In this document: in pieces, positions 9,038 to 18,627 of the stretch
How positions within the stretch are numbered: position 1 is the stretch's first letter
Layout: each line of letters begins with the position of its first letter
Origin: Chloroflexota bacterium
GTDB taxonomy: Bacteria > Chloroflexota > Dehalococcoidia > UBA2979
Reading direction: 5' to 3'
DNA length: 64,000 nt
NCBI GenBank assembly: GCA_947499615.1
Contig: CANMOP010000004.1
Location: forward strand, 38,501-102,500
Position numbers and translations under genes: made by a program
Notes under the pieces: generated by a model
What the model saw: the letters and a program-made list of their open reading frames with translations, nothing else
The model's database searches: none
What the model was told of the DNA's origin: nothing

Positions 9038-10117
9038 ATGGGCACGAGTCGGATGTATAGTTCACCCGTGATCATCGTGCTGGACTCCACCGAGGTCTTC
9101 GAAGACTACGAGCTAGGGAAGCCGTGGATTCGTGGGCTGGCATTGTACGCGAAGGCCGAAAGCGTCCAGGTAATCGTTCCCGAGGTAGTCATTCAAGAGT
9201 TGATGAGGCAAGCCCGAGATGACCTTTGGATCCCCGCGAACAGGGCTTTGAACAGACTGAGGCGAACCACGGGTATCAACTCCGAATTGCCTCCTCAGAC
9301 TGGATTCTTGGCCGATCTTGAAAGCCGCTTCCGGGCGCGCCTAGTTGAAGTCGGCTTCGAGGTTGGAGTTATACCGAACGTTCCACACGCGGAAGTGCTT
9401 TCGCGCATGAACGCGCGCCTACACCCGTTCCGAAGTGGCTCTCCTGATCTCGAGAAGGGCTATAAGGACTATCTCATCTGGAGAACGGCACTGGCAGCCG
9501 GGCACGCGGGTGAAGAAGTCGTCTTAGTATCAAGAAACAACGACTTCGTCCATGGCGGGGCAGGACTGCATCGGGACTTGGCTGACGAAGCTGCATCTTT
9601 AGGTGTGACCGCAAGCGCCTACAAGGGCTCCGAATTCATGCTCGAAACGTTGGTCAGGCCGTGGATGAAGAAAGCCGCTGGGCTTCTTAGGCGTCTTGAG
9701 CGGCATGAGGAGCAGCTGCAAGTTGCCGAGCAACTGTCCAAGTCCGTAAGCGACGTTCTAGGCGGGGTTGAATGGAATCCCGGCGAAATCAACTTGGATC
9801 CGGAGTTGGACACAGTCTACGTCTCAAACTTCGATCCCATGTTGCCCCTTGAGAACATCGACGCATCGGAAATCAGTGACCATGAAGTCTTGCTGAGCTT
9901 CACTGTATCGGGCGACGTTCTTCTTGACGCGTATCCTCCTAAGGAGGTGGCGTACTACCTCAATGATCCACGGGTCTACGTGTCTGACTGGGATTGGAAC
10001 AACCACTGCGTTGCTGCGGAGATCAGTGCGGAGGCGACGTTCGAGATCCGGCTGATTGTGGATCCTGACAGCCTCGAAGTGCAGAAGACGGAAGTTGTAT
10101 CCATTCAGGTGGAATAG
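9038..10117 (+). CDS. PIN-like nuclease domain protein with uncharacterised C-terminal domain (foreign, low-GC)
   Basis: GC is about 52% against about 69% flanking, and AGA/AGG/TTx codons are used. The N-terminus shows alternating beta/alpha PIN topology with conserved acidic residues (VIIVLDS..., VIVPEVVIQEL, DYLIWRTA, VSRNNDF). The C-terminal roughly 190 aa have no recognisable motif. Confidence 0.6.
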   Translation: MGTSRMYSSPVIIVLDSTEVFEDYELGKPWIRGLALYAKAESVQVIVPEVVIQELMRQARDDLWIPANRALNRLRRTTGINSELPPQTGFLADLESRFRARLVEVGFEVGVIPNVPHAEVLSRMNARLHPFRSGSPDLEKGYKDYLIWRTALAAGHAGEEVVLVSRNNDFVHGGAGLHRDLADEAASLGVTASAYKGSEFMLETLVRPWMKKAAGLLRRLERHEEQLQVAEQLSKSVSDVLGGVEWNPGEINLDPELDTVYVSNFDPMLPLENIDASEISDHEVLLSFTVSGDVLLDAYPPKEVAYYLNDPRVYVSDWDWNNHCVAAEISAEATFEIRLIVDPDSLEVQKTEVVSIQVE

Positions 10118-10222
10118 CGACCGCTTCCGCTGGGTGACGAACTCACCAATGTGGCGAGTTCTGGCCGCCGTTATAGGGTCGCATGAGATACACGCGCAAC
10201 GCGTTCGCCTCGGCGGTCGTAC

Positions 10223-10261
10223 GCGAAGGAGGCGCGCGCCGTCATCGCACCCTCCTCCTTC
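10223..10261. other. extended inverted repeat (CGAAGGAGG...CCTCCTTCG) on the right flank of the low-GC island, in the hisS 3' intergenic region
   Basis: Paired arms, 9 bp each, with a 21-nt spacer. Whether it is a transcription terminator or a boundary motif of the inserted segment cannot be decided from sequence. Confidence 0.3.
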
Positions 10262-10320
10262 GATACACGGTGATGCACCGCATTGGGTCGCTGCCGCGAG
10301 CTACGAAAGTGGCATGGCAG

Positions 10321-11580
10321 TCACGTGATCGCGCCCGCCAGCTCATCGAGGCTCACTTCGCGCTGCTCGCCTTCGCCGCTCACCAGCTTGAGCTGCACGA
10401 CGCCGCGGGCGGCCTCGGCGTCACCGATGATGGCGATGTAGCGCGCGCCTGAGGCTTCGGCGGCGCGGAAGTGGGCGCGCATGCTGCGGCCGGGGAAGCC
10501 CGCACGCACGACGAGGCCCGCGGCCCGCGCGCGCCGTGCAGCGTGCATCGCGGCGACGCCGACTGCCTCGCCCAGCGGCGCGACGTACAGGTCGACGGTG
10601 GTCTCGGGCAGGGGCGTGGAGCTCGCACGTGCCTTGAGGTTGAGCATGATGCGCTCGATGCCGGTGGCGAAGCCGACGCCGGGGGTGTGCGGGCCGCCCA
10701 GCAGCTCGATCAGCCCGTCGTAGCGGCCGCCCGCGCCGACGGTGGACTGACCGCCCGCGCCGGCCGGCTCGAACTCCCAGACCGTGCGCGCGTAGTAGTC
10801 GAGGCCGCGCACGATGCGCGGGTCCACCTCGTACGCCACGCCCAGGCCGTCCAGCAGCCCGCGAACCTCGGCGAAGTGGGCCTGGTCGCCCGCGTCGAGG
10901 TAGTCGAGGATGCTCGGCGCGCCCAGCACTGCCGAGTGCGCCGCGTCCTCCTTGGAGTCGAGGATGCGCAGCACGTTCGTCTCGAAGCGCCGCTGCGAGT
11001 CGCGGGAGAGCGTGGCGACGTGCGGGGCGAAGTGCTCGTGCAGCGCTGCGACATAACGATGCCGCGTCTCAGCGGTGCCGATAGAGTTGATGCGCAGTTT
11101 GAGGTCGCCCAACCCCAGTTCCTCGTACAGCGTGCGCTGGAGTTCGATCACCTCGACGTCCGCGGCGGGCGAGGGGTCGCCGATGCACTCGACGCCGAAC
11201 TGCCAGAGCTGGCGGTAGCGGCCGGCCTGCGGGCGGTCGTAACGGAACATCGGGCCGAAGTAGAACAGCCGCACCGGCTGCGGGCGGGAGCCCATGCCGT
11301 GCTCTAGGTAGGCGCGGCAGACCGCCGCCGTACCCTCCGGCCGCAGCGCGAGGTGGTCGCCGCCGCGATCCTCGAAGATGTACATCTCCTTGGAGACGAT
11401 GTCGCTCTCGTCGCCCACGGTACGCAGGAAGACCGAGGAATCCTCGACGATTGGCGTGCCAATCAGGCGGTAGTCGAAGAGGCGGGCGACGCGCTCCGCC
11501 GTGTCCCGGACGAAGCGCCAGAGCTCCTCATCTTCTGGGAGCAGGTCGTGCATGCCTCGGGGTGCGCGTGGACCAGCCAT
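10321..11580 (-). CDS. hisS: histidyl-tRNA synthetase
   Basis: Class II aaRS motifs (FRYDRPQAGRYRQ motif 2, GGGRYDGL motif 3) and N-terminal MHDLLPED. 419 aa. Confidence 0.95.
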   Translation of the reverse strand: MAGPRAPRGMHDLLPEDEELWRFVRDTAERVARLFDYRLIGTPIVEDSSVFLRTVGDESDIVSKEMYIFEDRGGDHLALRPEGTAAVCRAYLEHGMGSRPQPVRLFYFGPMFRYDRPQAGRYRQLWQFGVECIGDPSPAADVEVIELQRTLYEELGLGDLKLRINSIGTAETRHRYVAALHEHFAPHVATLSRDSQRRFETNVLRILDSKEDAAHSAVLGAPSILDYLDAGDQAHFAEVRGLLDGLGVAYEVDPRIVRGLDYYARTVWEFEPAGAGGQSTVGAGGRYDGLIELLGGPHTPGVGFATGIERIMLNLKARASSTPLPETTVDLYVAPLGEAVGVAAMHAARRARAAGLVVRAGFPGRSMRAHFRAAEASGARYIAIIGDAEAARGVVQLKLVSGEGEQREVSLDELAGAIT

Positions 11581-11681
11581 GCGCCGAGTCTACGCCGCGC
11601 CGAGGCGAGCGACGACCCGATCCGCCGCGGCGCGGTAGGATGCTGACGTGCGCGTGATGTTTGTGGTAGGCTGGCGACACG

Positions 11682-13853
11682 ATGGTCGTCTCTGAGCACG
11701 CTCCATCCGACGTCGAAGCGCTCTTTGAGACGCTCTCCCTTTACCTGCCCGCAGATCGCATCCCCGGCGTCCGTGAGGCGTACGAGTTCGCGCTGCGCTG
11801 CCACGAGGGCCAGAAGCGGCTCTCCGGCGAGCCCTACATCATCCATCCTGTCGCCGTCGCCCAACTGGTCGCTGAGTTGCGCATGGACGCACCGACGATC
11901 ACTGCTGCGCTGCTGCACGACGTCATCGAGGACTGCGGCATCAAATCGGAGGAGATCGCGCGCCGCTTCACGGCGGATGTGGCCCACCTCGTCGACGGCG
12001 CAACGAAGATCGAGCATCTGCCGACGCCCCAGCCGGGGGTGGTGACATCTGTCGACGCGGAGACGCTGCGCAAGATGTTCGTGGCGATGGCCGAGGATGT
12101 GCGGGTGGTGATCATCAAGATCGCCGACCGACTGCACAACATGCGCACGCTGGAACACCTCTCGCCGGTGCGCCAGCAGGCGATCGCACGCGAGACCATG
12201 GACATCTACGCGCCGCTCGCCGCCCGCCTCGGCATCTGGCAATTCAAGCCAGAGCTCGAGGATCTCGCGTTCTCCTACCTGGAGCCGGAGGAGTACCGCC
12301 GGGTCGCCGAGATGGTGGCCGCCCGCCGCACGGAGCGTGAACGCTTCGTGAAGCGCGTTGAGGCCGACCTCGGCGCCGCGCTGGAAGCCGCCGAGGTGAA
12401 GGCCGAGATCAGCGGTCGTGTGAAGCACCTCTACTCCATCGCCGGAAAGATGAAGCGCTACGCCGCCGACGGGAAGTCGTTCGATCAGATCCACGACCTG
12501 CTGGCCTTACGGGTGTTGGTCGACACCGTCGGCGATTGCTACAACGCGCTCGGCGTCGTGCACCAGACCTGGCACCCGCTCCCCGGCGGCTTCGATGACT
12601 ACATCGCTAACCCGAAGGAGTCGCTGTACCAGTCGTTGCACACCAACGTCATGGGCCCGAACGCGCGACCCTTCGAGGTGCAGATCCGCACGTACGAGAT
12701 GCACGAGCTGGCTGAGTACGGTGTCGCGGCACACTGGCAGTACAAGGCGGAGCCCCGCAAGCGCGACCACCAGTACGAGGAGCGCATGTCCTGGCTCCGC
12801 CACCTCATCGAGTGGCAACAGGAGGCATCCGGTACGGAGGACTTCCTGGAGTCGGTGAAGACCGACATCTTCCGCGACCAGGTCTTTGTGTACACGCCGC
12901 GCGCCGAAGTGCGCGTGCTGCCCGCCGGATCGACGCCGATCGACTTCGCGTATCGCGTGCATACCGACCTCGGCAATCGCTGCCAGGGCGCGCGGGTGAA
13001 CGGGCGATTGGTGCCGCTGACCACCAAGCTGCAGAACGGCGACATCGTCGAGATCGTGCGGGGCAAGGCCGACCGTGGCCCTTCCCGCGATTGGATGATC
13101 CCGACCCTCGGCTTCCTCGGATCGAGCCATTCGAGGCAGAAGGTGCGCCAGTGGTTCCGCAAGGCCGAGCGCGGCGAGAACATCGCGCGCGGCCGCGAGC
13201 TCTTCGACCGCGAGCGCAAGCGCCTCGGCATCACGGACATCCCATCCGCGTTCGCCTCGCAACTGGGGTACGAGGGGTTCGACGACATGCTGGCGGCGAT
13301 CGGCTATGGCGACGTCTCGCATCAGCAGCTGGTGCAGCGCCTCGCGGAACTCGCGCCACCGGCCCCGCCACCGTTACCGCGCACAGTGGAACGTCGACGC
13401 CTGAACGAGCCCGAGGGCGTGCGCGTCCTGGGCGAGGCGGGATTGCACGTGCTGATCGGGCGCTGCTGCACACCGCTGCCGGGGGACGGCATCATCGGTT
13501 ACATCACACGCTCGCGAGGCGTGACCGTACATCGTCGCGACTGTCACAACGTCGTCGGCCTGCGCTTCGAGGCGGAGCGGTTGGTGGAGTGCGACTGGGG
13601 TCACTCGGGTGAGCTCTACTCGGCCGCCGTGTTGGTCCACGCGTGGGATCGCGTTGGCCTCCTGCGCGACGTCGCCACGATCGTCGCCTCGGACGGCGTG
13701 AACATGGTGGGAGTGCGCACCCAAGAGCACGACGACCGCACCACCACCGTACACATCACACTGGAGACCAGCGGCCGTATGCAGGTCTCGCGGCTGATGT
13801 CCCACCTCGAAGGATTGCGCGGCATCATCGCCGTCTCGCTCGCCGAGATCTAG
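11682..13853 (+). CDS. rel: bifunctional (p)ppGpp synthetase/hydrolase RelA/SpoT
   Basis: HD hydrolase domain (HPVAVA...HD), synthetase domain (RVKHLYSI...), TGS and ACT C-terminal domains. 723 aa. Confidence 0.95.
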   Translation: MVVSEHAPSDVEALFETLSLYLPADRIPGVREAYEFALRCHEGQKRLSGEPYIIHPVAVAQLVAELRMDAPTITAALLHDVIEDCGIKSEEIARRFTADVAHLVDGATKIEHLPTPQPGVVTSVDAETLRKMFVAMAEDVRVVIIKIADRLHNMRTLEHLSPVRQQAIARETMDIYAPLAARLGIWQFKPELEDLAFSYLEPEEYRRVAEMVAARRTERERFVKRVEADLGAALEAAEVKAEISGRVKHLYSIAGKMKRYAADGKSFDQIHDLLALRVLVDTVGDCYNALGVVHQTWHPLPGGFDDYIANPKESLYQSLHTNVMGPNARPFEVQIRTYEMHELAEYGVAAHWQYKAEPRKRDHQYEERMSWLRHLIEWQQEASGTEDFLESVKTDIFRDQVFVYTPRAEVRVLPAGSTPIDFAYRVHTDLGNRCQGARVNGRLVPLTTKLQNGDIVEIVRGKADRGPSRDWMIPTLGFLGSSHSRQKVRQWFRKAERGENIARGRELFDRERKRLGITDIPSAFASQLGYEGFDDMLAAIGYGDVSHQQLVQRLAELAPPAPPPLPRTVERRRLNEPEGVRVLGEAGLHVLIGRCCTPLPGDGIIGYITRSRGVTVHRRDCHNVVGLRFEAERLVECDWGHSGELYSAAVLVHAWDRVGLLRDVATIVASDGVNMVGVRTQEHDDRTTTVHITLETSGRMQVSRLMSHLEGLRGIIAVSLAEI

Positions 13854-13873
13854 GCAGTCGGCCGCGACGACGA

Positions 13874-14206
13874 ATGACCGATGACTTCTATTGCGAGCAG
13901 GTCCTGAGCGGGGCGACTGCCGTCGAAGTCGTAATCGAGACCGCCGATGTCATCGCTTGCCACCACACGAGACCGTACTGGCCGGTGCACATCGTCGTCA
14001 TCCCGAAGAACCATGTGCCGTCGCTGCTCGACCTCGGTTCGGGCGGGGAGGCCATGCTCACCTCGGTGTTCGCGGTCGTGCGGCAAGTCGCGGCAGCGAT
14101 GGTTGCGGAGCACGGTGCCTGTCGCGTGGGCACCAATCTGGGCTCGTACCAGGACTCGAAGCACCTGCATGTCCACGTCGCGTGGGGCGAGCAGCTGCAC
14201 ACCTAG
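13874..14206 (+). CDS. HIT family (histidine triad) protein
   Basis: HxHxHxx motif (KHLHVHVAWG) at the C-terminus. Start taken at MTDDFY. Confidence 0.8.
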   Translation: MTDDFYCEQVLSGATAVEVVIETADVIACHHTRPYWPVHIVVIPKNHVPSLLDLGSGGEAMLTSVFAVVRQVAAAMVAEHGACRVGTNLGSYQDSKHLHVHVAWGEQLHT

Positions 14207-14303
14207 CAGCTGCCCGCCGCCATCGGCCACGCGTGCCGAGGTCAGAGCGACCGACTATGCTGCGTGCCTGAGTCCGCTGCGTCCCTCGCGCTGGAGCCTG
14301 ACG

Positions 14304-15821
14304 ATGCCGCTTGCCCGCGTCCGCTCCGGCGCCCTGATGGGCATCGAAGGCATCCCGCTGGATGTCGAGGTGGACATTGGCTCGGGCTTGCCCGCGTTCA
14401 ACATCGTTGGCCTGCCGGACGCCGCGGTGCAGGAGGCGCGCGAACGCGTGCGCGCTGCGATCCGCAACGCCGGATTCGAGTTCCCGCTGCGCCGCATCAC
14501 CGTGAACCTCGCGCCCGCTGACGTGCGCAAAGAGGGACCGATCTACGACCTGCCAATCGCGGTCGCAGTACTCGCCGCGTCGGGTCAGATCTCCGCATCC
14601 TTTCACGATGTCGCGCTCCTCGGCGAGCTCTCGTTGGACGGGACACTGCGCCACGCGGACGGCGTGCTGCCGCTGGTCGCGATGTGCGCGCAGGCGGGGA
14701 TTCGTCGCGTCGTCGTGCCAGCCGTCGATGTCGCCGAAGGTCGGCTGATCGATGGAGTGGAAGTGCTGGCGTTGAGCACCCTCGCGCAACTGCGTGAGCC
14801 ACCCGAGAGTTGGGCGACACCCGAGCCCGCGCCGCCCGTGGAACGCCTGGAGATCGAGGCGAACGACCTCTCGGTGGTACAGGGGCAGGAGCACGTGAAG
14901 CGCGCGCTGGAAGTCGCGTGCGCCGGCGGGCACAACGTGATGATGCAGGGCCCGCCCGGATCCGGAAAGACATTGCTTGCCCGCACCATGTCCGGACTGC
15001 TGCCGCCGCTGACAACCAACGAAGCGCTCGAGGTGACGAAGATCCACTCGGTCGCGGGCATGCTCGGGCGGGGCCGGGCGATGGTGCTGGAGCGACCGTT
15101 CCGCTCGCCGCACCACACCATTTCGCACGCGGGACTGGTGGGCGGCGGCAGCCGTATCCGGCCAGGCGAGGTCTCCATCGCGCACCGCGGCGTGTTGTTC
15201 CTCGATGAGTTCCCGGAGTTCGGCGGGACCGCGCTGGAGGCGCTGCGCGAGCCGTTGGAGTCCGGCGCGGTCACGATCTCGCGTGCTCGCGGCTCCGCCA
15301 CGTTCCCCGCGCGCTTCCTCCTCGTCGCCGCGATGAATCCCTGCCCGTGCGGCTACCACGCCGACGCCCGCCGCCCGTGCTCCTGCGCGGAGGCTACGGT
15401 CACGCGTTACCAGCGACGTATCTCCGGGCCATTGCTGGACCGCTTCGACATCTTCATCGAGGTGCCGCGCGTGGAGTATCGCGAGCTCGCGAGCACCGAG
15501 CCGACGGGTGAACACTCGTCCGCCGTCCGTGAGCGCGTCGCCGCCGCACGCGAGGTGCAACTGCGACGGCTGGCCGGGACGCCCTACCTCACCAACGCCG
15601 AGATGGGGCCGCTCGCCGTCCGCGAGCACTGCCAACGAAAACTCGCTCCCGCGGCACAGCCGCTGCTCGCCGCCGCGATGGAGCAGTTGGCGCTCTCAGC
15701 CCGCGCGTTCCACCGCGTGCTCAAGGTCGCGCGCACGGTCGCCGATCTGGCGGGCGCCGACATCATCGAGACTGCACACCTCGCGGAGGCGATCCAATAT
15801 CGCCGCCGTGGGCGCGATTAG
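14304..15821 (+). CDS. comM: YifB/ComM family Mg-chelatase-like AAA+ ATPase
   Basis: N-terminal Lon-protease-like ChlI domain, Walker A GPPGSGKT, Walker B LFLDEF, sensor/arginine finger and Cys-rich C4 motif CPCG...CSC. Confidence 0.9.
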   Translation: MPLARVRSGALMGIEGIPLDVEVDIGSGLPAFNIVGLPDAAVQEARERVRAAIRNAGFEFPLRRITVNLAPADVRKEGPIYDLPIAVAVLAASGQISASFHDVALLGELSLDGTLRHADGVLPLVAMCAQAGIRRVVVPAVDVAEGRLIDGVEVLALSTLAQLREPPESWATPEPAPPVERLEIEANDLSVVQGQEHVKRALEVACAGGHNVMMQGPPGSGKTLLARTMSGLLPPLTTNEALEVTKIHSVAGMLGRGRAMVLERPFRSPHHTISHAGLVGGGSRIRPGEVSIAHRGVLFLDEFPEFGGTALEALREPLESGAVTISRARGSATFPARFLLVAAMNPCPCGYHADARRPCSCAEATVTRYQRRISGPLLDRFDIFIEVPRVEYRELASTEPTGEHSSAVRERVAAAREVQLRRLAGTPYLTNAEMGPLAVREHCQRKLAPAAQPLLAAAMEQLALSARAFHRVLKVARTVADLAGADIIETAHLAEAIQYRRRGRD

Positions 15822-15830
15822 GCACCGAGG

Positions 15831-16952
15831 ATGGCGTTCCGTCCGTTCCGCATCGAGTTCACCCAGCGTTCGATCGACGACCTGCATCGACGCCTGGACG
15901 CGACCCGCTGGCCACAACTGCCATTCTCCACCGGCTGGGACGCGGGCACCGACGATGCCGCGATGACCGAGCTGGTGCGGTACTGGCGCCGAGAGTTCGA
16001 TTGGTTCGGCTGGCAGCGCCGCTTCAACGAGCACGCGCACGTGCGCGGCCCCATGGGCACCGATGAGGAGATGCACGCGGTGCTGATCGCGGGCGCGAGG
16101 GCCGACGGGCTCGCTCGCGTTCCGTTGCTGCTCATGCACGGTTGGCCCGGCTCGTTCATCGAACTACTGCCAGCGGCAGAACGCCTCGCCGCGAAGGGCT
16201 TCGATGTCGTCGTACCGTCGCTGCCGGGCTTCGGGTTCTCCGATGCGCCCCGCGCGCCGGGTGCCCACCCCGGCTACGTGGCGGAGCGCATGCACCTGCT
16301 CATGCGTGACCTCGGGTACGCGAGGTACGGCGTGCAGGGCGGGGACTGGGGCGCACACATCGGCGCGCGGCTGGCGCGTGCGCATCCGGAGGCGGTGGCC
16401 GGGCTGCACCTCAACTTCCCCGCGGGTCTCGTTGCGCGTGAGACGGACACCGAGCCGTCTGCGGTGGAAGCCGATTGGGAACGCCGCATGGCCGCGTTCC
16501 GCGATCGCGAGGGCGCGTACAGCCGACTGCAGCGCACGAAGCCCCAAACGCTCGCCTACGCGCTGCTCGACTCGCCGGTCGGACTGCTCGCCTGGGTGTT
16601 GGAGAAGTTCCACGGTTGGACGGATCACCGTGGCGACCTCTTCGATGCGGTCGACCGCGAGACACTGCTCGCGAACGTCACGCTCTACTGGCTGACTGGC
16701 ACCGCACTCTCCTCGGCGCGACTCTACTACGAGGCGGAGCATGAAACGCCGCCGTTCGTCACGGCGCGCTGCGAGGTGCCCACGGCCTTCGCACGCTACC
16801 CCGGCGAGCCGTGGGAGGTTCCGCGAGAGGTGATAGAGCGTTCGTACCACCTCGTGCGGTGGACCGAACTCGATCGAGGCGGACACTTCGCCGCGCTGGA
16901 GCAGCCGGAGCCGTTCGCCGAGGATGTAGCGGGATTCTTCGGGGCGCTCTGA
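15831..16952 (+). CDS. epoxide hydrolase (alpha/beta hydrolase, microsomal EH N-terminal domain type)
   Basis: N-terminal EHN-like region (RPFRIEF...RLDATRWP), HGWPGSF oxyanion motif and nucleophile elbow GGDWG. Confidence 0.8.
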   Translation: MAFRPFRIEFTQRSIDDLHRRLDATRWPQLPFSTGWDAGTDDAAMTELVRYWRREFDWFGWQRRFNEHAHVRGPMGTDEEMHAVLIAGARADGLARVPLLLMHGWPGSFIELLPAAERLAAKGFDVVVPSLPGFGFSDAPRAPGAHPGYVAERMHLLMRDLGYARYGVQGGDWGAHIGARLARAHPEAVAGLHLNFPAGLVARETDTEPSAVEADWERRMAAFRDREGAYSRLQRTKPQTLAYALLDSPVGLLAWVLEKFHGWTDHRGDLFDAVDRETLLANVTLYWLTGTALSSARLYYEAEHETPPFVTARCEVPTAFARYPGEPWEVPREVIERSYHLVRWTELDRGGHFAALEQPEPFAEDVAGFFGAL

Positions 16953-17174
16953 CTCTCGCCAGCACTAGCGCCACAAAGTAGACCCCGAAGATGACCTGTA
17001 GCGTCCACAGCAGACGGGGGATGAGCTATCCCCTTCGTCTGGTCAGCAACGACGCCGCGATGAGACAACGGCGTGTTCCGGCACAGGATGCTACTCAGGA
17101 TCGCGCCGCGATCCGGCAGCGCCCGGGAGAAGTTGGACGGGCGCGGACGTGCCGGGTACGATCGAGCGCAGCAT

Positions 17175-17249
17175 GCCCTCGTAGCTCAGTGGATAGAGCA
17201 CCGGCCTCCGGAGCCGGTGGCGCAGGTTCGAGTCCTGCCGGGGGCACCA
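17175..17249 (+). tRNA. tRNA-Arg (anticodon CCG)
   Basis: Cloverleaf folded by hand: acceptor GCCCTCG/CGGGGGC (one G-U), D-arm GCTC...GAGC, anticodon loop CT-CCG-GA, T-arm GCAGG-TTCGAGT-CCTGC, encoded CCA. Confidence 0.9.
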
Positions 17250-17300
17250 TTCGCTCGCTGGACGCCGTTTCCGGCCGCGGCGGCGCAGGAGGCGACTGCC

Positions 17301-17804
17301 GTGTCCGAGTACGCCCCGATCTCGACGTACCGCGAGGTGATTTCGCCGCCGAAGTGGTTCGTCGTCGCCATCGCGCTGCTGGCACTGGCTCCGCTCTGGG
17401 GCGTCCAAGCTGCGCTGCGTGACGATTCGCTTTCCACTGCGCGACGCGTGACCCTGACAGCAGCCGCGCCGGTTGTCGCCGGAATGCTGCTCTGGTTGGC
17501 GCTCGTCGGCTCGCACCTCACTGTCGAGGTCGTGGCGGAGCGGGTCCGCTTCCGCTTCGGGCCATTTGGCCGCACCCTGCGTAGTAACGACATCACTGCA
17601 GTGACGGCCGAGCCCTACAACGCGTGGGCGTTCGGCGGTTGGGGCTGGCGATTGGGCTGGGGCGGCGCGCAGGCGTTCACCGTGCCGTTCCTCAGGAGCG
17701 GCGTGATGCTGGGTACCGCTCGTGGTCGGTTCTATCTCTCCAGCCGGACGCCAGAGCGACTGGCGGAGGCTGTCCGGTACGTTGCCCATCTGGGCACGCA
17801 GTAG
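17301..17804 (+). CDS. hypothetical membrane protein (two N-terminal TM helices plus soluble domain)
   Basis: GTG start 8 nt after AGGAGG. Hydrophobic segments FVVAIALLALAPLWG and VVAGMLLWLALVG. No recognisable catalytic motif. Confidence 0.45.
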   Translation: MSEYAPISTYREVISPPKWFVVAIALLALAPLWGVQAALRDDSLSTARRVTLTAAAPVVAGMLLWLALVGSHLTVEVVAERVRFRFGPFGRTLRSNDITAVTAEPYNAWAFGGWGWRLGWGGAQAFTVPFLRSGVMLGTARGRFYLSSRTPERLAEAVRYVAHLGTQ

Positions 17805-17815
17805 GAAGGGCTGGC

Positions 17816-18625
17816 ATGAGCGAGGAGCGTAGGCGACAACAGCGCCAGGAGCGCATCCGACGGCGACGCCGTCCGGGCCCGGTAGTCTACGAGTCGGCCG
17901 ACAAGACCCCGGAGATGCCCGGCATCTTTGGGTGGATGCAGCGCAACGGTCGCGTATTCATCCTGGCCGGCATTTTCGTCATGCTCGCAAGCCTCGGCGG
18001 CTCGTTCCTGGCAGGTGCATTCACCGGCAGCACGGGCGGCAACACCGCGACCGCGACACCGATCCCAACCGTGCAGGGCGGGCAGCCGGTCGGCACGCCG
18101 GGCCCCGACGGCGTGGTGCGCCGCTACTCGGGCGCGCCCGCTGTAGGGATCGACGCCAAGAAGCAGTATGAAGCTGTCCTGCACACCGAGAAGGGCGACA
18201 TACACATCACGCTGCTCCCGGACGCCGCTCCGCAGGCGGTGAACAACTTCGTGTTCCTGGCGCGTAATCGCTTCTTCGAGGGGCTGACGTTCCACCGCGT
18301 CGTCGCGGGCTTCGTCGCGCAGGGCGGCGACCCGCTGGGGAACGGCACCGGCGACGCCGGCTACAAGCTGCCCATCGAGCGTAACGACATCCACTTCGAT
18401 GCCGGCGTGCTGGCGATGGCGAAGTCGGCGACGGGCGTGAGCAGCTCGCAGTTCTTCATCACGCTGGCGCCCCAGCCACAGCTGGAGCTGGATTTCGCCG
18501 CGTTCGGCCGTCTGACCTCCGGCATGGAGGTTGCGCAGGCGCTCACGCTGCGCGACCCGAATGAGAAGGGCCAACCGCCCGGCGACCGCATCCTGAAGGT
18601 CGACATCATCGAGAAGAGCAGCTGA
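17816..18625 (+). CDS. peptidyl-prolyl cis-trans isomerase, cyclophilin type, membrane-anchored
   Basis: Basic N-terminus followed by a TM helix (VFILAGIFVMLASLGG), then a cyclophilin domain (FHRVVAGFVAQGGDP...SQFFIT). Confidence 0.85.
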   Translation: MSEERRRQQRQERIRRRRRPGPVVYESADKTPEMPGIFGWMQRNGRVFILAGIFVMLASLGGSFLAGAFTGSTGGNTATATPIPTVQGGQPVGTPGPDGVVRRYSGAPAVGIDAKKQYEAVLHTEKGDIHITLLPDAAPQAVNNFVFLARNRFFEGLTFHRVVAGFVAQGGDPLGNGTGDAGYKLPIERNDIHFDAGVLAMAKSATGVSSSQFFITLAPQPQLELDFAAFGRLTSGMEVAQALTLRDPNEKGQPPGDRILKVDIIEKSS

Positions 18626-18627
18626 GC

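Noticed and set aside
10056-10452. Small ORFs (90 and 89 aa) between the PIN-like gene and hisS
   Set aside because: They overlap the 3' ends of flanking genes, have no SD or start context, and show low-complexity composition. They are not a credible partner gene for the island protein.
17073-17804. 243-aa ORF in the track spanning tRNA-Arg
   Set aside because: Its N-terminal third overlaps the tRNA-Arg gene and has no coding signature. Only the part from GTG 17301 onward is hydrophobic and follows an SD, so that part is kept as the real CDS.
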